A stretch of 62,956 bases of DNA, counting the filler. It is 3 parts of 3 records of this genome, joined end to end, with 100 filler letters (N's around TTAATTAATTAA, not from the genome) between each part and the next. Parts side by side here need not be neighbours in the genome. Positions count along the whole stretch, not along the records: positions 14,530 to 45,532 come from DRR723986_7996; 2 more parts are not named here. One strand, 5' to 3'. Shown here piece after piece: positions 21,264 through 31,198 of this stretch; the stretch's first letter is position 1; each line of letters begins with the position of its first letter. Position numbers and translations under genes: made by a program. A model generated the notes under the pieces. The model was not told where the DNA came from, ran no database searches, and saw nothing but the letters and a program-made list of their open reading frames with translations.

Positions 21264-24200
21264 CGAGCTCGGTACGCGGTTTATCGCGATCGGCGATCGG
21301 CTGTTTGACGGCGCTGATCCTCGTCGCCTTTTCGGCAGCGGATGCCTTGGCACAGGATTGGACGTTCACGCTTGAACAGCGTAGGGCAAATGACCACATT
21401 TGCGTTGAGATTTGGGGCCTGGCACAGCCTGGCGACACCACGCGACTTGGCGAGGCATCCCTTACACTCGATTATAACGCTACCTACCTGCGTCCGACGA
21501 CGACGACGGCGGGCATTATTATTAATCGCACACAAACTGTCGATTTCGACGTTGATGTTGCTAACCCGGTCGTCACAACATTCTCGGACTATAACAGCGC
21601 TAACGGATATAATTCGCTTGGCGCGCAGGCATATGAATCCGGACCGAACAAGAAGTACGGTTTGGAAGTTCGTATGTCGACACTGGGGCAGGGCGGTCTG
21701 GCACTGTCAAGCACCGGCCGCGGTAGTTTTATCGGCAAGTTGTGGTTCGAGATTATCGGTTCTCCGACGGATGCGAACCTGACGGACATCACCTGGAACA
21801 CGAATACAAGTGTTGGTGATGTGCGCATCTTTGACCGATTTGGTAATGACGTAGAGAGCCAGGTAACCCTGACTGACCCAACATCGATTCCGATTGTAGG
21901 GATTACTCTGCTGAATCCAAATGGTCCTTCCGAAGTTGTTGACCGTGACAAGGTATATGCCTCGGTAAACTTTAACAACAGCGGTGGTTACCCTGTCTAC
22001 TTTGAGCGTAGTGGCCTGGACTTAAATGGTACGTCCGGTACAAATGCAACTGCATATGTACTTGAGTACTCGCTCAATGGCGGTGCAGCCTGGACTGAGT
22101 TTGGTCGTGTTGCAGAGACAACGCTGCCAACAGTAAATCTGGGTAGTGTTGATGCGCATGTTTCCGGTGAGATTTCAACTATCGCCGGTTCCAGAATTAT
22201 TACGACGCTGGGTGGAACAAGTCTAACCACGTCCCGCGACATTACCGCAGCCAACTTCTATGCGCCATTGCGGACTGTCTGGGACACGAACCCACAATTT
22301 TCGGCTCGTTCGGAAGATGTGCGCCTGCGTATTACGCAGTTGACACAAGTTTCTACAGCTGATATTGACACACGCACAAAACTTACGCCGCTGGATATCA
22401 GTGATGAAAGTTTTGTGATGGGGCGTTTGTTCTTCCTGCAATTGGATGGTGCGACCAACTACGGTCGCAGCCAGGGCAACTTCAGCAACGCGACGCAGTT
22501 GACTGCAGAAACATGGATCAACCTTAACGGTGCCGGCTCTACGGGTGATGAACCCGGTATCCTGGCTTCAAGTGCTGGTGCACTTGATAACGCCTCGGAT
22601 GAAGAGGGCGCCTGGATGTTGTACCTAAAAGATGGTCAGTTCCCTGCTTTCCGCGCACGTGAAATCGAGGGCCGCGGCCCGAACGGTTACATCGGTGTGC
22701 TGGAATCAACAGTGGCACTCTCCGAAGCCAGCGACGCAGCGCCACTTGGTGCGGCACACGCCGGTAACTGGGTGCACCTGGCAGCAACTGTTGCCAACGG
22801 TACAATGACCTTATATGTAAATGGTGAGATTGTTGATCAACTGACGAATGAGCAGGCTGCCGACATCCGCATGGGTGTTGACCAGTCAGCCACAAATCAC
22901 CCGATTTGGGCGGGTATCAACCCGAACATTTCAGTTGACGCAACTGATTATCTAAATGCCGGTCTCAAAGGCATGAAGGTTTGGCGTACGGCTTTGACGC
23001 AGGACGAAATTCGTCAGCGTATCGCCGGTATTGCCAACCCCGCCGATACGCGCCTTGCAACGCGTATCAATCGCGCGCTGGAAATCTTCTGGACACTGGA
23101 AGGTGTTCGCCAGGATGCAGCCTCTGACGCTACATTCCAGAACAACGCCGACGACATGCAGATTTGGGACAATGGTGCGATCGACAATGCTACTGCTCGT
23201 TTCCGCCCTGACCAGCCACACATCAACCTGACCTCGCCGGTCGGTTGTGAAGGTATCAGCAATTCTTCCGGTGCTACATTCAGCGTTCGCTGGATTGGTT
23301 ACGGAATTGGAACGTTGACGACGGCTACAGCGACGGCAGATGTTGATTTGCAGTTCAGCATTGACGGCGGAACTACATGGACCTTCCTGCGCGGTACCAC
23401 TGCTACAAGCACAGGTGCCAACCTTGGTGGGCCAAACGGTTTGGCCGTGGATCTGGAAAACGGCGAGATTGAATGGGAGCCATTCCGCAATACTGGTTTG
23501 TATCCAGATGGCGGAGCCGGCGTTGCACTGAACCCACTGCCAAATACGGCAGCGTCTGTGAATGCGATTCTACGCATTCGCGGTACAAATGGTTCTGAGC
23601 AAGATGTCTCCGACGTCTCCGGTGAATTCATTATCGCTAATAACTTCGCATTCGAACGCTCAACATCACAAGTTGTCTCCGTTGATAACCCGAGTTCCGC
23701 TGAAGCATTCAGCATCTCCGGTCAGTCTGCTTTCCTTGAGGCATGGATTCGTCCATACCGCTTCCCAACTACTGGTGAAGGCGGCTTCCCAATCCTCTCG
23801 AAAGTTGACGGCGATAACTCCTCACACTACTACTCGCTGACCCTCATGCCTAGCGGCCAGCTCGAATTCCGTCTGACGGACTCGAACGGTGGTGAGCGCG
23901 TAGCTCTTAGTGATGCAAGCAAACCTCTCGAAAAACCAAACAGCGTACAGGTTGACTCAGCCTGGACACATGTTGGTGTTTACGTGAATATTGGTGATGG
24001 TACAAGCGCCAGCGACATTCGTTTCTATATCGATGGCACGCCGCAGTCGGCAGATACAACAATCACGAACCAACTCGGTTCGGCAATTGTTCTGAATCAG
24101 CTTAGTACTGCTCCATTCCACATCGGCTACCAGCCGGCTTACACTTCCACAAGTGGCACAGTTGCCGCACGTGGATTTGAAGGTGCGCTGCGTGAAGTTC

Positions 24201-27200
24201 GCTTTTGGAATGGTGATCCTAATGACAATGCAGCCACGGGTTCGGTAGAGCCGAACGCGCTAACGCTGTTTGTCCAGGGTGCTCAATCGGTAAGCGGTCA
24301 GGACCTCCTGACGGCATCGAGTGCCAACCTGGTAGCGTCGTTTGCGCTTGATGGTGGTGGCTTTACAGCCAGCGGATTTGATTACGCTTTGGCGTCACAT
24401 CAGTCCAGCATCATTGCTCGTCAATATTCTGGTACAGGCTGCTACCGCGCCCAGGCACCGTATCTGAAGCTCGTAGAGCCCAGCTACCGTCAGCAAGTGC
24501 GTAACATTGAAACTGCTCTGCGCGTGCGCTGGGTTGGTTTTGATTACAGCGGCTTTACAGTTGGTGTAAACGCTCCGGCAGAAGCGCCCTCTCTGGAATA
24601 TTCAGTACGCGGTGGTGGTGGTCTGGTAATCCAGCCTTATCAAGGTGTATCCAGTCCATTCTTTGATGCAGGTCAGGCAGCCAGCCTTAGCCTGCCGGCT
24701 ACTGGTAACTATACCTTTAACGGTACGGGCACCGGCACGCAGTATGCAGCTATCCTGAATGTTTCGACTGCTGATCCAGATCCAGATGACGATGAAGTTT
24801 ATGGTGTTACGACTGCTGCTATTGCAGCCGCGCTCACCAATGCTCGTCTGCGTCTGACGGCTACGACAGGTACAATTACGACAACAGGTACGGTCACTAG
24901 TGCGATCGTTTCCGAAGGTCCATTGTTCACTATCGTTCCACAGAGTAACTTCACCGTCCGTGCCGTACTTGAAGGTTATCACACCTCAATTACGGGTGCT
25001 AACCTGACAAATATCGGTACAGCATTCAGCAACGGTGGTATGCGTATTTCTCTTTACGGAGACAACGCCGGCCAACCGGGTGCGCTTGCTGCAACAGCTG
25101 AATCACAGTTCCAGTACGATGCCTTGGGTCTCGATCCGGCAACGCGCGGAACCAACGGTACAGTTTCGAGTACTTTCGCCAACGTCCCATTTGTGTTCGC
25201 CGATCTTGAAGACGGTGACTATTGGGTTGTTGTCGAGCACCTCAATCACCTGCCGGTAATGTCGCGCTTTGCCGCGCCATTCATCTTTGCTGGTGATGAT
25301 CGTATTACATACGCGATTGAATCCGGTTGGGATCTCCAGTCCTGGAACGGTACAAACGGTAACATCCTTGCTACCGCTGCTGCCGATCCATATGCTGGTG
25401 CACTTACAACAACGGGTTCGGTTCCCGGACGCTTCACAGCCTATGGTAACTCCGTTAACGTAACCTCGTCAAATCTGCCCGGATATTCCGATACCGGTCT
25501 GATTTACAACGAAGGTGAAAGCGGGCTCTCCGGTTCAACCAACGCTATTGCCGGCCTCGTCGGTGGTGATGTTGAGCGTGACGGCCAGATCAATGCTGCC
25601 GACCGTGTGCAGGTAAGTCAGGATCTCCTGAATACCGCGCAGCGTTCGGATATTAACGGTGATGGTGTTGTTAACGCTATTGACCGCGACATCGTAATTC
25701 GCAACTTCGGTAAGCAGTCCTCAATCTTGACGGTTGACTTCCCAGAAGGAATTATTGAAGGTGGCGGTGACAACGGTGACATGGCCGAAGTGATCAGCAA
25801 AGGTCGCTCACGTGATCCATTCACGTACATCGATCCAACAGCTCCGGAAATGTCGGCACAGATTCTTGAGTCTGTCCACCGCGCTCTGGAAGCTCACGGT
25901 GGTGACCCTGAGAAGTTTGAGGCCGCCAAAGCCAAAAAACGCTCTTCCGACCGTGTCCTGGCAAGTGGTACCCAATACGTTGTAACGGGTATCCCGCACA
26001 AAACCGGTGACGTTGTAGAAGTTGACATGTACATCCGCAACCGCGGTGCATCCTTTGGTCTTGGTAACGCAACCTTCGCTCTCAACTATAGCTCCGCTAA
26101 GCTGGAGTTCACGGGAATGAAGAACGTAACAAGTAACCCATGGGCTGAAAATCCTGGCATTGGATACTCTGCGATTGTCAGCGGTCCACAAGCCGGAAGT
26201 CACCGTCCAAATGCAAATACGCGCTCGATTGACGTTCGTTATGACTCCTATGCGCGCCTCGAAGGTGCTCAGGTCCCAACGCGTCAAACACTGATCGGTA
26301 CACTTACTTTCCGCCTGCGTAACCCGCAGCAGGATGGTAACTCGCCAATCAACTTCAGCTGGGCTCCTTCCACTGCTGTCCTGGCCATCAATGGTCAGAA
26401 CCTGACAGGCCAGGGTGAATTCCAAACGATCCGTACTCTTCTGCCGTACAGCGTTGAGCTTCTCACACCTAACGGTGGTGAGCAGTGGCGCGCAGGCGGT
26501 AGCCACGACATCATCTGGGATAACAACGGTGCTCAACTCGTATTCGTACAGTACTCCTTCGATGGCGGTGCTAATTGGACGAATATTGGCAACGGCCCGG
26601 TACAAGCCAGCCTCCAACGCCTCAACTGGCGCATCCCGTCCGACGTCACTTCCGACAACGTCGTGGTTCGCATTGTTGATGAGCAGTCCGGCGAAGAGCT
26701 GGATCGCAGCGAAACTCCATTCGGCGTTGCACCTGCTAAAGGTAGCATCGAACGTCCGGCACCTGGTGATGACATCTACGTCGCCGGTAATGTCGATAAC
26801 ATCGAATGGTCGTCAACTGGTATTGACGCCGTAACCTTTGAGTTTTCAGCCGACGGTGGCGCCAGCTGGCAGTCACTTAACGTTGAAGGTCAGGGTTCGA
26901 ATGGTCCAACCGCATGGGTTGTACCTGGTGGCTTCAATACTAAAGAAGCTGTTGTACGCATGGTTGACAAAAACACGAACGAAGAAATTGCCCGCTCGGG
27001 TCTGTTCAAAGTTATGTCTGGTGACCTGACGCTGCGTGAGCCGCGCGAAGGTGACCGTTATGACATGGAAACTGAGCAGCGTATCCGTTGGAACCTCGAA
27101 AAAGACGTTGAGCTCTTCGACATTGAACTTAGTGTCAATGGCGGTCAGACCTGGACGCCGCTCTTGCAAAACGTTACGGCCAGCGAGTTCTTCACGAACT

Positions 27201-27601
27201 GGATAACTCCTGCCGGCGTCGCTTCGGATAATGCACAATTGCGTGCTTTCTTCCCAGGCGAGCCAGAGCTCGAATACGATCGTTCACCATTCTTCGGACT
27301 CGGTCCGGTCACGAGTGTTGAACAAGCTGCAGTCGCTGGATATGTCTTTGACGACATCTATCCTAACCCGATCAGCGGTCGTACGAACATGCGCTTCACA
27401 GTTCCGACGCAGACGCTCGTCACGCTTACCATCTTTAACGATTTGGGTGAGCGCGTCGCTACGCCGATCGACGGACGCCGTTACGACGGTGGCACGCACA
27501 ACTTTGACTTCAACGCAATGGATCTTGCTCCGGGCGCGTACTTTGTACGTCTTGACCTTGGCGAGTTCATCTTGTATCGCAAAGCAATCGTAACACGTTA
27601 A
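21260..27601 (+). CDS. 2113-aa T9SS-secreted surface protein: cohesin-like, two LamG, dockerin, cohesin-like, Ig-like/Asp-box repeats, T9SS CTD
   Basis: Signal peptide ending ALA-Q; LamG motifs WVHLAAT..LYVNG and WTHVGV..FYIDG; dockerin GDVERDGQINAAD / DINGDGVVNAID; SxDGGxxW boxes; CTD YPNP...IFNDLGE..PGAYFVRL. Confidence 0.85.
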   Translation: MTSSVRGLSRSAIGCLTALILVAFSAADALAQDWTFTLEQRRANDHICVEIWGLAQPGDTTRLGEASLTLDYNATYLRPTTTTAGIIINRTQTVDFDVDVANPVVTTFSDYNSANGYNSLGAQAYESGPNKKYGLEVRMSTLGQGGLALSSTGRGSFIGKLWFEIIGSPTDANLTDITWNTNTSVGDVRIFDRFGNDVESQVTLTDPTSIPIVGITLLNPNGPSEVVDRDKVYASVNFNNSGGYPVYFERSGLDLNGTSGTNATAYVLEYSLNGGAAWTEFGRVAETTLPTVNLGSVDAHVSGEISTIAGSRIITTLGGTSLTTSRDITAANFYAPLRTVWDTNPQFSARSEDVRLRITQLTQVSTADIDTRTKLTPLDISDESFVMGRLFFLQLDGATNYGRSQGNFSNATQLTAETWINLNGAGSTGDEPGILASSAGALDNASDEEGAWMLYLKDGQFPAFRAREIEGRGPNGYIGVLESTVALSEASDAAPLGAAHAGNWVHLAATVANGTMTLYVNGEIVDQLTNEQAADIRMGVDQSATNHPIWAGINPNISVDATDYLNAGLKGMKVWRTALTQDEIRQRIAGIANPADTRLATRINRALEIFWTLEGVRQDAASDATFQNNADDMQIWDNGAIDNATARFRPDQPHINLTSPVGCEGISNSSGATFSVRWIGYGIGTLTTATATADVDLQFSIDGGTTWTFLRGTTATSTGANLGGPNGLAVDLENGEIEWEPFRNTGLYPDGGAGVALNPLPNTAASVNAILRIRGTNGSEQDVSDVSGEFIIANNFAFERSTSQVVSVDNPSSAEAFSISGQSAFLEAWIRPYRFPTTGEGGFPILSKVDGDNSSHYYSLTLMPSGQLEFRLTDSNGGERVALSDASKPLEKPNSVQVDSAWTHVGVYVNIGDGTSASDIRFYIDGTPQSADTTITNQLGSAIVLNQLSTAPFHIGYQPAYTSTSGTVAARGFEGALREVRFWNGDPNDNAATGSVEPNALTLFVQGAQSVSGQDLLTASSANLVASFALDGGGFTASGFDYALASHQSSIIARQYSGTGCYRAQAPYLKLVEPSYRQQVRNIETALRVRWVGFDYSGFTVGVNAPAEAPSLEYSVRGGGGLVIQPYQGVSSPFFDAGQAASLSLPATGNYTFNGTGTGTQYAAILNVSTADPDPDDDEVYGVTTAAIAAALTNARLRLTATTGTITTTGTVTSAIVSEGPLFTIVPQSNFTVRAVLEGYHTSITGANLTNIGTAFSNGGMRISLYGDNAGQPGALAATAESQFQYDALGLDPATRGTNGTVSSTFANVPFVFADLEDGDYWVVVEHLNHLPVMSRFAAPFIFAGDDRITYAIESGWDLQSWNGTNGNILATAAADPYAGALTTTGSVPGRFTAYGNSVNVTSSNLPGYSDTGLIYNEGESGLSGSTNAIAGLVGGDVERDGQINAADRVQVSQDLLNTAQRSDINGDGVVNAIDRDIVIRNFGKQSSILTVDFPEGIIEGGGDNGDMAEVISKGRSRDPFTYIDPTAPEMSAQILESVHRALEAHGGDPEKFEAAKAKKRSSDRVLASGTQYVVTGIPHKTGDVVEVDMYIRNRGASFGLGNATFALNYSSAKLEFTGMKNVTSNPWAENPGIGYSAIVSGPQAGSHRPNANTRSIDVRYDSYARLEGAQVPTRQTLIGTLTFRLRNPQQDGNSPINFSWAPSTAVLAINGQNLTGQGEFQTIRTLLPYSVELLTPNGGEQWRAGGSHDIIWDNNGAQLVFVQYSFDGGANWTNIGNGPVQASLQRLNWRIPSDVTSDNVVVRIVDEQSGEELDRSETPFGVAPAKGSIERPAPGDDIYVAGNVDNIEWSSTGIDAVTFEFSADGGASWQSLNVEGQGSNGPTAWVVPGGFNTKEAVVRMVDKNTNEEIARSGLFKVMSGDLTLREPREGDRYDMETEQRIRWNLEKDVELFDIELSVNGGQTWTPLLQNVTASEFFTNWITPAGVASDNAQLRAFFPGEPELEYDRSPFFGLGPVTSVEQAAVAGYVFDDIYPNPISGRTNMRFTVPTQTLVTLTIFNDLGERVATPIDGRRYDGGTHNFDFNAMDLAPGAYFVRLDLGEFILYRKAIVTR

Positions 27602-27635
27602 TGCTGCGCGAATAGAAGTTAAGTTAGACTTAAAC

Positions 27636-27669
27636 AAAAAGCCGGGAGCGTCATTGCTTCCGGCTTTTT
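27636..27669 (+). terminator. Intrinsic terminator of the giant T9SS gene
   Basis: AAAAAGCCGGGAGC...GCTTCCGGCTTTTT. Confidence 0.85.
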
Positions 27670-27902
27670 GCTTTTAAAAACTTGGGGATCAGTGGGTGCT
27701 TGCGCTTTGTTTAATTGGAGTCTTGCGGTATCGCTTTGAGCCCTTTGTTTCACCTGCGGTTCTACTTTGGTCTCAGGCTGTGTGTTTGTTCTTTTGTTCG
27801 TTGTTTAGTTGAAATCTGGAAGTCTTGGGGCTGGTTTTGAGGCCTTGGGTGTGAGATTTCTGCGGTGGAATTTGAGTGAAAATATTTGGAATCGCCAAAA
27901 AA

Positions 27903-27970
27903 AGCCACAGGGTCCAGCCCTAAGGGCTCGACCCTGGTGGCTAAATTTTTGAGTTTCAATTTTGGAGACT
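27903..27970. repeat. Long imperfect palindrome (REP-like) with a conserved flank
   Basis: AGCCAC-AGGGTC-c-AGCCC-taa-GGGCT-c-GACCCT-g-GTGGCT, followed by TAAATTTTTGAG..TTGGAGACT. Confidence 0.55.
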
Positions 27971-28183
27971 TAAACCATTAATTTCGACCGCTTAGAGTGA
28001 AATACTGACCGTTCACTTGATATGCCTGGCAATTGACGAATATTGATTTTTGCCAAAAATGGCCGGTTTCTGTTGGGGCTTGTATTGTAGGGCTGTCAGC
28101 TTGTCTTACGAGTCAGTGAGTTTTGAATATTCGGCTGAAAACTGAACGCGGCTGGTTGTTGCAGTGCCCGAAATGACTTTTAA

Positions 28184-28276
28184 CTGATGTTTGGTTCCTG
28201 GTTGGGAACGCGGCTGCAGGACTTGTAGCTGGTGTTTGGTTTATCATTGGGAATGCGGCTGCAGGGCTTGCGGCTG
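28184..28276. repeat. Imperfect 45-bp tandem duplication
   Basis: Units start at 28184 and 28229 and share ctgNtgtttggtt..ttgggaaNgcggctgcaggNcttg. Confidence 0.7.
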
Positions 28277-28683
28277 ACTGAAGATGTTAAGTGATGCTGT
28301 GACCCGGGCGCTTGATCACATTATTTTGTGAATATGTCTGTGCGACATTAGGCTGGGTGTGTTTCCTGGTGTGTCCGCTGGGGATGAGTTTCTGTGTTAA
28401 TCAACGCCGGCCTTCAGGCTGGTGCTCAGGTTGGTACTCAGGTTGGACTGTTTTACGTTGATGTGTTAAAAACATGTGCGCTGGGGGAATTGGGGCTTTT
28501 GATTCAACTGCTAACAAGAGAAAAAAGAGTAAGCCACCAAATGGAATGGAGGGGGCGCAGCGCTCTTAAAAGGCTGCTTAAATTCGATTAAATGCAATTG
28601 TGTTAACTGAAGGCAGAATGAGCAGAGTGCGGGTGCCAACGCTGAAGTTGAAGAGTGGGATGTGTTAAACTTGGGAATTGATG

Positions 28684-29334
28684 TTAAGTTTTGGTGTCGT
28701 CGTCTTTTTTGAGGAGGAGCTCTTTGATGACGTCGATCTGTTGCTGGCGTTTACTCTCGCGTCCGTAGCGTTTGGTGGCTTCGTTGGCGGTGGAAGCATC
28801 ACCTTGCGGGCGTTCGCCATCAGAGCTGCCGGGGGCATTATTTCCGTGGCCGTCGCTGTTAAGTGTGCCGTGAGTCGTGGAGGCTGCATCGGCCTGTTGA
28901 GCGTTAACTTCGCGAAGTTCCTGTTCGGACATTTGTGAACGTTTGGTGACTTCGTTAAGGTATTCGGGGCCGAGAATGTGGCGTAGTTTATCGAAGATGG
29001 TGGCGCGTGTGAAGGGTTTGGAGATGAAACCGACTGCGCCGGTTTTAACAGCAAGCCCCAGGTTCTCAGTATCGCTGAGAGCCGAAATCATCACAACGGG
29101 AATGTTTTTAGTCTGTTTAAGTCGCTTTAACATTTTGAGTGTTAAGTGCCCTGAAAGTTCCGGCATCATGATATCGAGAAACATGACGACTGGTTGGTGA
29201 TCCAGGGCGAGCGCAACTCCGTCAAATCCATTGGTTGCGATATATGTGCGGAAACCGAAACCCTCCAGAACTTTGGAAAGGATTCGTTGCATCCAAACAT
29301 CATCGTCAACTATGACTATCGGGTATTCCGACAT
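28684..29334 (-). CDS. Response regulator receiver protein with a long C-terminal tail
   Basis: VDDD, phospho-Asp in FLDIMMP, ISA and SKP; no DNA-binding output domain visible. Confidence 0.88.
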   Translation of the reverse strand: MSEYPIVIVDDDVWMQRILSKVLEGFGFRTYIATNGFDGVALALDHQPVVMFLDIMMPELSGHLTLKMLKRLKQTKNIPVVMISALSDTENLGLAVKTGAVGFISKPFTRATIFDKLRHILGPEYLNEVTKRSQMSEQELREVNAQQADAASTTHGTLNSDGHGNNAPGSSDGERPQGDASTANEATKRYGRESKRQQQIDVIKELLLKKDDDTKT

Positions 29335-29393
29335 TGCAACACGGGGAAAGAATGAAACAAGGCACACAAAGTGTGCGGAAACTGTTCGTCAAC

Positions 29394-29690
29394 CTAGCTG
29401 GGGGCCATGGCGCCATTATTTTGCTGCTGCGTAGCGTCAGAGTTCTCCGGACTAGCTTCAACAATAAAACCGGCTTTGCGGAAGGCGTCGCGGACTTCCT
29501 CCAGTTCAGCATTAGCGGACTGGCGGTTGACTTCGACAATTTTATCCTGAATCTCCTGCCGGTGCACGGGAATGGAGCGCGGGGCATCGATACCGACTTT
29601 TACAAAGCCACGATCGAAGCCAAGGACGGTAATTTTTATGGAATTACCAATCACAACCGATTCACCAATTTTGCGTGACAGCACCAGCAT
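29394..29690 (-). CDS. csrA: Carbon storage regulator CsrA (long, FliW-type)
   Basis: MLVLSRKIGESVVIG...VKVGIDAPRSIPVHRQEI...EVN. Confidence 0.95.
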   Translation of the reverse strand: MLVLSRKIGESVVIGNSIKITVLGFDRGFVKVGIDAPRSIPVHRQEIQDKIVEVNRQSANAELEEVRDAFRKAGFIVEASPENSDATQQQNNGAMAPS

Positions 29691-29694
29691 ATGA

Positions 29695-30222
29695 TTATTT
29701 CGCCTCCTCAGCTTGTGCAGTGCTTGTACCCACGGGGAATTCGGGGGAGAAGCGTTCAGAGGAGAGGATGACCTGGCAGCCGGTTTGTTCCTGAACGTTC
29801 AGGAGGACGGGCGCGCGCATATTGGCGGTCATACGACTATCGGCGTTGTTGAGAGTGACGATGACGAGGGGAATCGTCCCATCGTCGGCCATATTTTTGC
29901 CAATTTTATAGTCAAAATCAATCACAAAAGGACTGACGAGAGGGAAGCCGATCGTGCTATCTTCCAGGGATATGAGCCAGCGTAGTGGCAGCATGGATTC
30001 TTCGCTTATGAGCACAAATTCTTGTAAATGCTCAAAACCGAAGAGTCCGTCGCTAAACTGGAAGATATGGCGGGGATGGACTTCAAGCTCCCCGAACTGG
30101 CGGGTTGAAATGCGCCGTACGTCCGACGCACTATTGGCCGAAGCTTTTTGGGAATTGCTACGGTTGGGAGAGGCGGATACGGTATACGCCGTGGTTTCTA
30201 CTGCTTCCTGCATGAAACTCAT
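29695..30222 (-). CDS. fliW: Flagellar assembly factor FliW
   Basis: TRQFGEL..F..GLFGFE..WLIS..TANMRAPVLLN...QVIL; adjacent to csrA; start uncertain. Confidence 0.92.
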   Translation of the reverse strand: MSFMQEAVETTAYTVSASPNRSNSQKASANSASDVRRISTRQFGELEVHPRHIFQFSDGLFGFEHLQEFVLISEESMLPLRWLISLEDSTIGFPLVSPFVIDFDYKIGKNMADDGTIPLVIVTLNNADSRMTANMRAPVLLNVQEQTGCQVILSSERFSPEFPVGTSTAQAEEAK

Positions 30223-30293
30223 CCTGATATCAGTCCACGAAATCCGGGCAGAAAGCTACAGCAAACGCCCTTGAATTCAAAATTTTTTGCGTT

Positions 30294-31055
30294 TCAACGT
30301 TCAAAACGATCCGCGGGAGGATCGTAAAGCTGGGTTGAAGGCGCATCGTCCGGCAGCTCCTTTATTAGGATTTCAACGCGTCGGTTGCGTTGTTTGCCGT
30401 CTTCGGTATCGTTCGGCTCGCGCGGCTCTTTATCGGACTTGCCGCTGATTGTCAAGTACTTGTCCGGTATGGCCTGGCTCAGATAAAAGGCGACATTGGT
30501 AGCCCTTGCGACGGAGAGGTGCCAGTTGGACGCGTAGCGGAACGTATTGATGCTGTCGCTATCGGTATGGCCCGAAATATCAACTTGTTTGTTGACGCCG
30601 GACATAACGTTGCGCAGGGTTCCGAGGGCATCGTAGGCCGGAAGTCGGACTTCTGCGCGTCCGGAGGCGAAGAGGAGCTTTTCAGAGAGCGTCAGGAGAA
30701 CACCTTCATCGACGCGTTCAACGCTGACGAGGCTGTCGCTGATCATGGAGCTGAGCGAGTCCGTGAATTCGGTCGTCAGGTCTTCGATTGTTTTTTGCTC
30801 GCCGTCTTCGCCGCTGCCGGCGTCAGGCAGGATTCCCATTGCGCCGGGCAGGTTGCCTTCGGAGCCATCAGTAAAGTACTGATTAAAGGCCTGGGCGGCT
30901 TCCTGATATTTGGAAGCGTCAACCTGCGATGTAGCATACAGGATTACAAAAAGTCCCAGCAACAGCGTAATCAGATCAGCATATGTAATCAGGTAACGTT
31001 CGGCACTGCCTTCGTGCCCTGATTTCTTGCGGCCTTTCTTTCTTGAAGACGCCAT
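30294..31055 (-). CDS. motB: Flagellar motor stator protein MotB
   Basis: TYADLITLLLGLFVILYA TM with the conserved Asp, a plug region, and OmpA-like GHTD..NWHLSVARA..NRRVEI. Confidence 0.9.
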   Translation of the reverse strand: MASSRKKGRKKSGHEGSAERYLITYADLITLLLGLFVILYATSQVDASKYQEAAQAFNQYFTDGSEGNLPGAMGILPDAGSGEDGEQKTIEDLTTEFTDSLSSMISDSLVSVERVDEGVLLTLSEKLLFASGRAEVRLPAYDALGTLRNVMSGVNKQVDISGHTDSDSINTFRYASNWHLSVARATNVAFYLSQAIPDKYLTISGKSDKEPREPNDTEDGKQRNRRVEILIKELPDDAPSTQLYDPPADRFER

Positions 31056-31080
31056 TCGGAAATCCTCCACACTATTACGG

Positions 31081-31107
31081 ATATCGGACGATTGTTGCCA
31101 TACTTGA
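31081..31107 (-). promoter_or_regulatory. Sigma28-type promoter of the motB-fliW-csrA operon
   Basis: TCAA-N15-TCCGATAT on the minus strand, just upstream of the GGAGG RBS of motB. Confidence 0.65.
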
Positions 31108-31198
31108 CAGTGAGTGTATAAAATACAACAGGCGACGTTTCTAAAAAGAAACAGTCGCCTGTGTAGTAGTATTATTAGCCGATTGCGTTCGGACGCGA

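Noticed and set aside
28184-28449. Short repeats considered as a CRISPR array
   Set aside because: Only 2-3 adjacent imperfect units, no unique spacers and no cas genes.
30294-31055. MotB-like protein as Zorya ZorB
   Set aside because: It has a flagellar-type TM and plug, no zorA neighbour, and sits with fliW-csrA under a sigma28-type promoter.
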